Positions 1 to 12,200 of a DNA stretch of 64,000 nt are shown here, piece after piece. Within the stretch, counting starts at the first letter, position 1. The number at the start of each line of letters is the position of its first letter. Source of the DNA: the human T2T-CHM13v2.0 reference genome, Homo sapiens; assembly GCF_009914755.1 (NCBI RefSeq), contig NC_060934.1. One strand, 5' to 3'. A program made the translations under genes and the position numbers. The notes below the pieces were generated by a model that saw nothing but the letters and a program-made list of their open reading frames with translations, was not told the DNA's origin and made no database searches.

Positions 1-147
1 AACCCGGCTGGAAAGCACTGGAAATAGGGAAATAGAAGACCGAAAGGCTGGGACCCCCCTCACACCCAACCTGCGTCCATGGCCGAGGTTGAGTGAGGAG
101 TCCTGGAGACTCTGGCTTCATGGTCTTTGCTCTTGTTCTTCTGTGCC

Positions 148-207
148 TCAGGGGTCGCTGCCCACCAGGCTCAGCAGGGCGTTCTTGTAGTCACCGCTGG
201 TGTCTTC
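148..207 (-). CDS. ANXA8: ANXA8 last coding exon (3'UTR runs off the window start)
   Basis: [19 protein letters not shown] then TGA at 150-148. Confidence 0.95.
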   Translation of the reverse strand, partial: EDTSGDYKNALLSLVGSDP

Positions 208-3200
208 CTGTGGGCAGGAGGCGCATAAGCGTGAGAAGGGGTTTGCTTGTGCCTGGCTCGGCAGTGGCGGCTGTGTTATTATGACTAAGAGGTGTGCCCC
301 TGGCCTGCACCTGGCCCGGCCCTCCAGGGTTCCTAGCCGCAGGGGTTGTGCCATCACCCCTCTTTCCTTGTTTTTAATTTCAGGCTATTCCTTTACATTT
401 CCTTTTGATTCTCTTACCAACTACATGCAGGATTGATGTGGAAAATGAATCAGAGACAGTTCCACTCCTAAACAAGGAAGGGGTCAGCTGTCCCAGGGTT
501 CTTCTATTCGGGAGCCAGGGTGCCCAGCCATTCATTTACACAACAGGATGCATCATTATTCAACACCTGCTGTGGCAGCTTGGGAATCAAGGCTGAGAGT
601 GAGGCATCAGCACACACCTGGGGGCAGGGCCGGGGGTGGAGGGAGCCTGGACCATCGCACCCTGACGGTGTGGCCGAGGCAAGCCCCTTCACCTCTGTGG
701 GACTCATCTATGAAATGAGATCAATGCTGTGCTGCTGTGCATCTTGCTGAGACGTGGTGAGGGTACAGCAGGAGGAAGGCGAGCTGGTCTGCCCTGCATC
801 TGGCTCACATCGGGTCCACAGTGTTTGTCTCCTGATGAGACTGACCTTGTGGTCCGATGACTGAGGAGCCCTGTTTCTTAGATAGTGGTAGGTCCTGATG
901 GGACTGGCTAGTCCGGGGTCTGCATACAGAGCTGGGAAATGGGCCAGGTCAGATCACCCAGATTCTTCTTCATGCAGTTGAGGACAGCGGGGCCAAGAGA
1001 GGGGAGTGAATTCATTCACAACGGCATGGTGAGTAAGGGGTAGACTGGGGCTAGACCCACTTTCCACACTCTGGACCAGTTTAGGTCTCATGGTTATTGT
1101 CTACTTTTCACCATTTAGTAAAATTTGCCTGTTTTGAGCCTGAAATCTCATTACGGGTTTCAAACTACAATGAAATTTTTTTTAACTTTTTCCTTTCTAG
1201 ACACGATCTCACTCTGTCACCCAGGCTGGAGTGCAGTGATGCAGTCCTAGCTCACGGCAGCCTTGGACTCCTGGGCTCAAGCGATCCTCCCGCGTTGGCC
1301 TCCCAAAGCACTGGGATTACGGGTGTGGGCCACTACGCCTGGTGATTTTTATTATTTTGAGGACAATTTTTCGAATAGTTTTTAGAAAGAAAAGCATTAA
1401 TTTTGTTTACTTTTTCAAATACATGAGTTATACTTGGAGTGTTTATACATTTGCCTCTTAATTTCAATGCAGGAGTTTTTAACTCATATTAGTGTTGAAA
1501 ACCATTTTTGCTTTAATGACATCTGTGGTCTACACTAAAAAGAAACGTTTGGTCAATGTATTCATGATTCTAACTCAATTTTCTTAAGTAACAACATTAG
1601 ATAAAATTTGAAGAGGGTGGCTTCATGTATCTGTAGAAATCTCTCTGATGCCGTAAGTTACCATGTGTGGTTAAAAGGGTTAATGACAATCAGCTCAGAC
1701 TGTCTGCAGGTGACAGCACAGTCCAGGCTGGTGTGTGCCTTGCCCTCCTGTCTCCCGACAAGATTGGCTGGGGAGCCTCAAGTGAAACCAAGAATAATTC
1801 CAATCCTCTCTTGCCCCTGCCCACCTGTTTCAAGATGTTGCCATCTTGAAACATCTGGAAACAGAAATGTCTTTTCCACCTATTGTCAGCTATGTGTTTC
1901 TTGAAAAGTGCACTTAACAACGACATTTGCAGAAGAGCTAGAGACTTGACTTAGTAGCCAAAGAAAACTTGGGGATACATTTGTCCTAATGTGACTTCTG
2001 CTAATGAAATCATCAAGACCTCAATTTGCAGACACCCCCAGAAGAGCTGTTTCTCCCAATTATCGCAGCGTGATAATCAGTCTGTGTTTTGAAGGCTCCA
2101 GAACTTTTGCTAATTGGAATCTGGTTAGATAGTCTATTGGCGCTCATCTGACTTATCTCCTTAGAAGTTGGCCGCCAGGACTACTTAAATCTGGATTTGA
2201 GCGGTGGGCCCGATTCCTACCGGACTAGTTCATCTCATTGACTTTTCAGAGGTGGCTTCTTCTGCAAGGATTTGGTGTCTTTTCCAAGGAGCAACCATAA
2301 CTTAAATGTGAAACCAACTTTCTGAGTGGGACACAGGGGAGCCTCTGTGCCCTGGTCTCTGCATCTCCCCTCTGCCCCCCATTCCCCTTGGGATCCAGCC
2401 ACACTGACCTCTGCTGTTCCCTGCACACACCACATGGTCATGAATGCAAGCACATGGTGCCCACTGGGAAGGGAGGGGCTCACGTAGTGTTGGCCACAGC
2501 CTCCAGGTTTCCCTGAATGTCTGGGTTTCAGGCTGGCCTCAGCATTGGGAATGCCTGCTTACCATGATCATGCTGCTGAGGGTCTTGCCGTACATCTTCT
2601 TGAAGTGACATTTGATAAGATTTAAGTCAATCTCGCTCCTTGAAACGATGTTTCTTATCAGGGTCCCATCACGCGTCCCTGCTCCCTGGGCAAGACAGCA
2701 GCCATCAACAATCCTGCCTCACCTTTCCTGTCCATCTCTGAGTGATGGACGGATCTGTGTGGTTGGGTTCTGGGGCTTTTAGAGGGAGGGAGATGTGGGA
2801 AGGAGCCTGTGCTTCAGCCAGGGAAGCATTAGGAGGGAAGCTTTGGTGGCTTAGGGTGTCCACTCCCTTAATTCCTTCTCACCCACTGCCCAGAACTCTT
2901 CCTTTATGATGCCAAGTGCTCCAAACTGCAGTATGTTTGGTTTGCCACATCAGATTCTAGACACAAAATACTCACTGCTCCAGGAACAAGACTTCCTACT
3001 AGAGCAATGGCAGCAATCAGCTCAGCCAGGAATTTCACAGGCAGGGCCTTCCTGCTCACCTTCATCCCTGACCAGTCTCATGTCAGCTGGGGCCACATGG
3101 CCAAGGGAATCGCATGCCCTCTCTCATTTCCTGGGCAGAAGTGGCCAGAGGGCTTGGGTTTCGGGTGTGGAACTAACTTCAGGGGATATCAGCAACCATC

Positions 3201-6200
3201 AATCAGAGAAAACGGGCAATGGTTTTAGTTTCAGGGAATTATTCACCTCTGGAGATGCAGCGTCCCTTTCCCAGACTCAATTTCACCTCCGAGAACTAAA
3301 ACCTTTCTGATCCACGACAGGTTTGGGTAAGATAACTCCCCCGTGTGGAGGATCGTGGTGGCTTTGAGCTCCTTGGCTTTGCACTTGGTGCTATGTAGGG
3401 TGAGCGTCAGGAAGAAGAAGACAGGACAGTTACCTTCATGGCATAGTAGAGTCTCTCTGCAAAGTAGCTGTGGAGGTTTTGGGTGCATTTCACTGGCAAA
3501 CAAGAAAGCTGTGTTAATGTCTGGAGCTGGTAGGTGGCACTGCCTACAACTTTATGTCTTGCCTTAGGTCTTAAGAGTCAGTGTTGTGCAAGGCTTGGCA
3601 TATTTCTTTGTTCCGTGCCTTTCCCAATGTGAGAGGCTTTGTGTCAGGTGGCGTGGGACAGGGAAGGTAGCCCGGGGCACTGGGCACAGCTCCAAAGGCC
3701 CAAGCAGGCAGGCAAAAGGGTAAGATGTGAAATGCACCAGACTGTGGGGCTCGTCTGAAGACACCAGCTCAAGCCCATCCAAGGGCAGCTCAGACTCAGG
3801 ACAGGCCCTGGGCTCTCAACCCAGAGACACCTCCACCAAAAATCCAGCCTCTCAGCTCCACAGAAGCACCATGGGATGGTGGCTGCTGGCCTCAGAGTGC
3901 CCTCTCTCTCACACTTATCAGCAGGAACCCTGCATTTTGAATTCCCATGTGACAAGTGGAGTTTGGCCCCACAGGACTAAGGCACCTGGGGGCGTCTGGT
4001 CCAGAGACTGGGCCCATGCTTGCTCCCATGGGTACTGCTCAGAGACTTGGCATCTGGGTGGGGAAGGTTGGCATTTTCACTTAGGGCTGCAGAAGGAGCA
4101 TGGGCTTTGAGTGAGGTAGGCATGTGTTCACTTCCTGCCTTGATGGTGCAGTATGGCTTCATTACTCAACCTCCCTGACTCATCTGGGAAGTGAGACTGA
4201 TGCGAGGCTTCAAGGTGAAGTGAATAGGAAGGCCCAGCATGACGGAGCACTGCATGGCTTCACTATTCCCTGCTGGCAGACTTCATTCTTGGTGGGTTCA
4301 GGCCAGATCCAGGGGTGGAAGCTGAGATTGGAGCAGGGGTGTGATTAGATGTCCTGACATAGACCGGATTGTATCACAGCATCCAAGGCCAGCTGGGGTG
4401 TCTCAGATGGCCCTGTCCACCCAGAGAGGCTAGGAAACAGCAGGGAGCCTGCTGGCTGCTGGCTTTGCACGGAGGCAGCCTGGTGTGGAGGTGAGAGCTG
4501 CAGGCCAGGAGTCCGGACCTGGGCTCTGTGTGTAAGTGGGAGAAGAGACGTCCCTCTGCCCTGGGCCTCAGCTCTTTACTCTGCAGTGACTCTTCCCATT
4601 GTGATCTCAGCCCTGGAACCCATGAGAGCTCTGGAGTGGGTCCTCCTGAGTGGCCCTGACTTCCTGCTGTGGGGAAGATCCCCAGTGTTTCTCAGCATCA
4701 GACCATCCGTCACTCAGTTTGGACTCAAGCCACACATCACTGTTTCTTCAACTGGCAATGAAGGCAGGGGCCAGGCCCCTGGTTCATGTCCAGAAAGATG
4801 ACTTTGTGCTGGCCAGGGCTTCACAACCACAGCCAGAGTGCTCCCTGCATGGCTGCCATGAGTACACACAGGGTTGGGGCTGGCATAATCACTGGCGTAT
4901 GCATTTGTGTGCGCACACACACACACTGTCTGTCTCACACACACACACTCACATTCCACCCACAGTCATGCACACACACCCTCAGGCACACACACTCTCA
5001 CGCACACACACACTCATGCAGACACACCCACACAGCACTGGGCACCACGTGGGCAGCACAGAGAACAATCTTTGGCAGCACACACTGGGACTCTAGAGGT
5101 GGAGCAGTCCCTGGGTGAGGGAGACAGGCAGAGTGTGAGTCGGGGGGACATCCCGTGAAGGTGACACAGGGATTCTTTCTCTTGTGGTCGCATCCCTAGG
5201 CCCTTTGTTCTTTGGTGCTGCCCCACGGTGAGCCCTGTGGCCTGAAAAACGTGCAAGTCTGAGCTCTTACCCACAGTGAGCATGGCCTCCTCCAGTGAGC
5301 CATGGGTCTCACTCTTGATGCTGTCCTCAATGCTCTTGTTGGCAATTTTCTCATACTCTTCAAACACTGTGGAGAGGGCTCTGCTCAGGGGATGGTCAGA
5401 CCTCCTCGTGATGCCCCTCAGTGTCTCGGATCAGAGATCGCACATCAATTTGCCGCCCTGACCTCCCACTGGTGGCTGGGGAAACAGTCCTGGGCTCCCT
5501 GGCTCTCTCCCTAACTCTAGACTTGACAAGGCAGAAGCACGAGGGAGAGGCTCATGGCCAGGACACCCCCTGTGGCCCCGGCCCCAGCCCCTCCCTCCCT
5601 GGTACCTCTCAGCAGGTGAGTGGCACTGCGCGTGCACAGGATGGTGATGAATTTCATCTCATCAGTCCCACGAATCTTCTCGCCTGCCGCATACAGATCC
5701 TAGCATTGGGACACCCACAATAAGCCAGTGAGGGAGACCAGGGAGGTGAGGGACTGAGCCCCAGAGTCCCAGAGCTGTGGCCATGGCCTGGCCCTGTCCA
5801 CTCTGCCAGGCCAGCATGCTCCCCTGCTTGGTCGTCTCTGACAGGGAGCTCCCCTTTCTCTAGCAGCTCTGGCTTAGAATATTTTCTCTATCCTGGGCCA
5901 CAAGCTGCTCTAGGAACTGCCTGGTCCCCAGACTTCCCTCTGCCAGCAGGCAGACCTACAGAGACCCGGACACCTGTGTCCAGCACTGGGGCCTAGCGCC
6001 CCCGGGTTCATGGGCTGTTCCTGCCAGGACAGAGCTTTAGTGCTCCCCCACCCCCAAGTCACACTCCTTCCTCCCGAGTCTCCCAACACCCTCACTCTCC
6101 TCCCCAGACACCACAGGACAAAGGCCTATAGGGAGCTGAGCTGGGTGGGTCCCAGCCCAGTGTCAGAGAAAGCCCCCGTGGGCAGAGGAGCCGGAGTCCA

Positions 6201-9200
6201 GATGGCAGGGGGTGGGGCCACATGGCCGGCTGGGCGCAGCCTCACCTGTGCGTCTTGGAGGGCCAGTCCTGGGTCCACAAAGCTGCTCACATCATCCCTG
6301 CTGCCCTAGGAACAGAGGAGGTGGCTCTGTAAGGCAGGCCAGCTGACCAGAGCATTAAGGGCACAGGGGGGATCCTGGGCTTGGAGGGCAGGCATGGCTC
6401 TGCTGCTCTTTGGCTGTGGAAACTTCGACAAGCCAGTTATTCTCTTCAGCCCTTGGTTTCCTCATTTGTACAATGGGGGTGGTAAGGACTGCCTCATAAG
6501 GCTTGGCGGATTCAGTGAGCTAAGGTAAGCAAAGTGCCTGGCATGAGGCCTGCACGAAGGACCTGCTCTCCTCCCGCTTCCAGGATGCTCTCACATGGCT
6601 GAGTAAGGACAGGTGTGGGGGCTCTGCAGTTGGGACCCTCTAACCATGCTGAGACACACCCAATGAGCCCTGGCTGCTGGGCTATCCCATGCCCCTACCC
6701 TGACTCTTGTGGCGCTATTCAAGGGCTGCTCCCTGGGGTGGAGCTGTTGGGACTCCCAAACCAAGGCACTCCCAAGAGCCTAGGCTGTGACACCTGCAGG
6801 AGGCACACCAGGATCCTCTCCAGGTAGCCACTTGTGTCTGCTTGGATGTCCTCCTCCAGGCTGGACCCATAGTCTGCAGGGAAACAGGACCATGAGGCAC
6901 AAGCAGAGGCCCACAGCCTACCCGGGGCCTGCTTTCCTCCTTCCAGCCCTGTTCCCCATACTTCTCCTTATTAAAGCCTTCTAGGAAAGAAAGTCCTTGG
7001 CACAGGGCATGGATGCAATGCCCGGGTGTCCAAGTGGCTGTCGCCTGGGTGGTGCTTCACAACTAGAAGCGACATGCGTACCCAACCAAGCTCAAAGCAC
7101 AAGATGGACCAGGTCAGAGAGCCAGGCTAGGGGCTGCCAACCAAGCTCCATTTCATCTCAAGGCTTGGCAAAGCCAAAGCCTCCAGGAAAACTCCCCACT
7201 AGGTACATGATGTGGAGGACTGACTGGCCTCTGCTAGCCTGGGGTCCACACCCCCTACTACCACAGTCCTCAAGGGCAGAGATTTTAGTTGGTCACAGGC
7301 CTCTCTCCCCTGTAAGAGGAGCTGGTGAGCTTACAGATCAAGTCTGAATCATGTTCAGTGTCACCATCAGGCACAGATCTTGGCATACGGTAGGTGCTCA
7401 GCACCTGTGGGTAAAAAAGTCCCCAAAGGGTCCTTTCTAGTGTGGCCCAGGTTAATTCTTGATCCTTGTTCCCTGCCAGGCTGCCAAAGCTTGTGGCCAC
7501 TCCTGAGCCCCTCCATCTGTGCCACCCCTTACCTTCCTCATACGCCTTCATTATCTCCCGCAGCTGGTTCTTGGTCCGAGAGGCCAGGATCTCAATGATG
7601 ACACCCTCCTTGGTTCCTAAGCCCTGTGGACAGAAACCTCTGCCTGCTGGAGTGCTCTGCCATGACCTTCTGCTCTGTCCACACCTTCTTTTCTCAAGAT
7701 GCCTGAGCCTCAGGAAGGACCTCACTGCCCTGCCCCACTTGAAGTGGGAGGATGTGATGAGAAAATCACATGCTTCAGTGATGAACATTGAGGGCAAGTG
7801 CTGTGACGGGGAAGCCCTGTCTCAGCTCTCCCTCCTTAGCTGGGTGGTCTCAGACAGGCTGCTCCATGTCCTGGAGCCTAAGCATCCCGATCCATAAACA
7901 GGAATAAGAAGCCTCCCCTGCGCCAAAGATAGATTAGGGAGCGTGGGTGTAAAATGCCTGGCAGTGCCCATGCAGCAAGTGTCTTTCCAAACAAAATGAC
8001 TATAGTTACTGGGTCCCCATCCTTATTAATCTGCAAAAGCAAAGAGTAGTGAGAGGTAAAGGGAAACCCAAGGGGCTGTGCCTGGGACTGTAGAGGTGGG
8101 TTTCCAATACCACTGTACACCTGAGCTCGTGAGGTTCTGAGAAGTACTGATTTTGGCTTCATCACGGCCACTCAACGTGTCAATCAGGCACCAGTGACTC
8201 CAGGTGTTGGGTGCAGTCTGAGCAGCAGGCTGCCTGCTCACTGGGCCCAGTTATGGCCCATATGGCCATTCCAAACAGTGGCTCAAGGGGAGCTCTGGGC
8301 TGTAGGTTCCCGGTCCCCGCATTGCCCCTACCCAGTCATGTGAGCACCCCTGCCACTCCCCTGCCCTGTCTGCCTGGTTACCTTCATGGCGTCATGCAGC
8401 TCCTTGGCTTCGTATCTGTATGGCGGGTACATAAGGGCCACAATGAGCCTCTCAAACTTGCCACTGAGCTCAGACTTCAAGGTCTCAGTGAGGTCCTAAT
8501 GCGGGAACAGGGAAAGGTGATATTTGTCATAAGCCAGGCCCACCTGAGTGCAGGCAGCGGAGTGGTGGCTGGGTCCAGGGGCTTGGGCTGGATTCTGCGT
8601 GGGCCTTGCCACGTGCTGGCTGGGTTTCTTGGGCCAGCTCCTTAGCTTCTCTTAGCATCAGTATCTTTACCGGTTACACGGAGAGAAACGTGCTCCTGCT
8701 TCATCCCGTTGCTTAGGGGGTTGTGTGTGACTCAATTCAGCATTCAGTGCAGTGCTGGGCACATCATAAGCTCTCAGTAAAATGAAATTGGTATTGCTAG
8801 CTAGACTGCAAGCTCTGAGTATGGCATCACCATAAAATACCTGTCACTTGGCACTCAATGAATGAATGCATGCCTGAATTAAAGACTTCGTCTCACATGT
8901 GCCTCCTTCTAAGGTCACATGTTGCTACGAGGAGCCACCAGGCTACATCAGCTGATCTACAGAGCAGCAGAGAGATCAAGGGCTTTGTCAGACCTGGATT
9001 TTAATCCCCACCTTGTTGATTACAGGCTCTGGGACCTTGGGCAACTTAAAACCTCTCTGAGTGCCAGTTTCCCCAAATGTTTGAATACAAAGAATGTATC
9101 ACTGTGAGGACTAAGAGAGGGAAACTGTAAAAATGCATACTGGGTTCTCCAAGAGAATATTTGAGCTGATCTTCCTTCGTTACATCTCCAAACTAATGAT

Positions 9201-12200
9201 ATGAGTCACTAGAGGCTTGAGGCAACCATGGCTGTGCACATATTTAATCCTGTGTTTACTGTGTACCCCCAAATGTCAGGCTTTGTCCTAGGGGTGGAGT
9301 GCAGGTGGGAGGAGAAACAAAGGGCCTGGCATGCTTACTCCAGGCTCTTAGAATTCCCAGGTGGCAGAAGGGACGAGGTGTGGGTGCAAGCAGCTCGACT
9401 GAGGAAAGCATGCCCACGCCCCAGAACAGAGCAAAGCCAGGCCTGCATGCCTGGGGCATGGAAAAGAGAAGGTGGTCTGGGCTCAGAGGGCAGGGCGAGA
9501 TAGCCTGGGGGCAGGGAGACAGACCTCCAGTGGGGCCTGTTGGGTGCATGAGAAGGAATGCTGTGAGAGAGGAGGCAGGAAAGGAAGCAAGGAAGGCCAG
9601 CCCCCGGCCCGGGCTCTGACACCTAAAAGTAGATCTGCCAGATAAAACACAGGGCAGCCAGTTACATTTGAATTTCAATAAAGAACAATTGTTTTCATGC
9701 AAACATGTTCCATGTGCCCATGCTGCCAGTGGGCTGGCTCTAGGGGAAAGTCGTCCAGAATGGAGCTGCCTCCCAGGCTGTACCCCCAACCCCAAGGCTC
9801 ACCTATCCCCACCCCCACCAGCCTTCCCCTTGCCTTGCCGAACTGAGCCTTGAAGGACTTGGCGATCTGCTGCCGCTGCGTGTTGCTTCTCTTGGTGAGC
9901 ACATCGATGATAGCCTGCTCGTTGGTCCCTGCAGGGTTACAGCACAAGTGACCCTGCTGCCCCCAGGGTGACACACTGGTGAGGGCGGAGGAGGGGAAGG
10001 CGAAGGCAGCTGCTTGGTGGCTGAGCAGTTGGGACCCGACACCTGGATAGTTCCAAACCCCCAGACCATTTTCGTGGTGTAAACAAGACCCTTAGGAAAT
10101 CTGCCTCCCCATTTCCCACCCCACACCCCCACAATGTTGGGGCGTGCCCAAGGCCAGCCTCACAAGATGGAATCTGAGGTCTGGGTGGCTCTGGACATCA
10201 GCCCGGGCCTTTGGAGCTTGGCCGAGTGAGATCTCTGGCCCTGCCCTCCTTTGTGTTGGTCGCAGTAGGGGAAGGTCAAGACTAAGAGTCCAACCCCTGA
10301 ATCCGAGGCCTGGCCCAGCAACTGCGTGGCATTGGGCAGCCAGCCTCATTTCCCTGGGCCTCCGTTTTCTCATTTGGGAAGTGGAGATAACTTTCTGCTT
10401 CACAGAAAGCAGAGGGCATGAGAACGTTTTCTGGGCTTGTCAGGAGCGGCAGTTCTCATTAAGGCCCCTGATCCTCAGGCAGAGCCGGCTAAGGGGTCAG
10501 TCCCACCTGGGGTGAGGTCAGGGTACATGCTCTGCTCTCAGGTCAGGAGGGCTTTCTGGGCAAGCTGTTTAAATCTGGCCTCAGGCCAGCCCTCGCCCAC
10601 TCACGGTAGTGCTGAGGGCAGCACTGGGCAAGTGCAGGAGATGGGAAGGGAGCCGGCTCCATGGCCATCGACATGGGGCAAGGGGGCCTTGAATCAGCCC
10701 CACAAACTCCCAACACCTCACACCCCTGGCAGCTCTGTGCCTGGCATCATAAAGCACCACCCCCTTCACACTTCATGTGACACACAAGGCCAAGAATTCT
10801 TGGGGCCACTTTACAAGTGAGAAAGCTGAGACTGATGGGAAGTCACTCACAGAGACACACAGCTCACCTCCCCACCCCCATTACCCAGGGAAGAGCAGCA
10901 CCCTCCTGTCCAGTCTTGCAGGGTGGGTGCTGACCTCACTGCAGAAACAGAGGGCTGTGTGATTCTCTGGGTAGTGGAATCAGTTTCAGAGTATCATGGG
11001 ACACCCCAGCTCCCCAGATGTCCCCTGGCACCCGCTTTCCAGGGCTGTGAGCGGAGGGGTCTTGAGCAGAGGTGGCAAGGCTGCCAACACCCACTCACCG
11101 ATCCCCTTCATGGCTTTGTAGAGGGTCTCTGCATCAGGGTCTGGGTTGAAGTGGGAGCTGCTCTTCACTGTGACACCCTCCTGTTCAATCTGCAAGAGAA
11201 CCAGGCCTGCTCAAAGCAGGCAGGGACAGGGAGGGCAGAGCAGGCTCCCAGCCCATCTGGTAGCCCGCCCTGACAGGGTGAGCCCCTTCCCTGGGCACGG
11301 AGATCTGCTCAGCCCTTGCAGGCCAGTGCTCTGCCCTTCAGCCCCTTGGCCAACAGGGTGGAGTAGCCAGAGCCAGAGCTTGTGGGGAGAAGCCACAAAA
11401 CCTTTCCTGTCCCTGTCTGTGCCATCTGACTGCAGACAGCAGCCCCAGCCACACCCAGCTCCTTCCAGCATCACCCACCAGCAGCAGGAAGGGACAAACT
11501 CACCCAAAGTTAGGAGGGGAAAGAACACTGAAGCAAAGGCTTCCTGGAGCTGCATGCACCACCTTCAGAGTGTGCAGATGAGGTTGGAAGGCTGAGCATG
11601 GTTCTGCCTTTCTGAGGAATGGTTTGAGCTCAGTCTGCCCTCTTCCTGGGGAGTTGGGACTTACAGCAACTTAGAGGGCAGGGGCCCAGCTGAGCATATT
11701 GATAGTTCAGGGTGTTTGCAAGTCCACAGGCCCATGGGGCTCAGAGCGTCAGGTTTAGAAAAACCCGCACGATGCTCTGCAGATTGTGAAATAAACCAGA
11801 TAACCAAGTGCCTGAGCCCTTGATTTCCAAGCCTCCAGTTCAGGGCTTGCCTGAAGGCTCTTTAAACTTGTGCCCTGCAGAATTTCTCAGATGATTAACA
11901 TGGACATAAGTGTGTTTTGGGTGGAGGAATGGTAGAGAATGGAGGGATATTGGAGATAGGTATTGAATTAGAGGGAGACTCAGAGATCCTCCAGGATGAA
12001 AAAGAGTTTAGTCCCATCCAGTCTTGTCTTCCATTTACCTGTTCACTTATTCCTTCCATCACCTCCATCATCTGCCCATCTACTTTCCCACCTACGCACT
12101 TACCCATTTGACTACCACATCCATCCATCCATCCACCCACCCATCCATCTATGCACCCGCCCATCCATCCATCCATCCATCCATCCATCCATCCATCCAT

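Noticed and set aside
4650-5158. His/Thr-rich ORFs
   Set aside because: Translations of a (CA)n tract.
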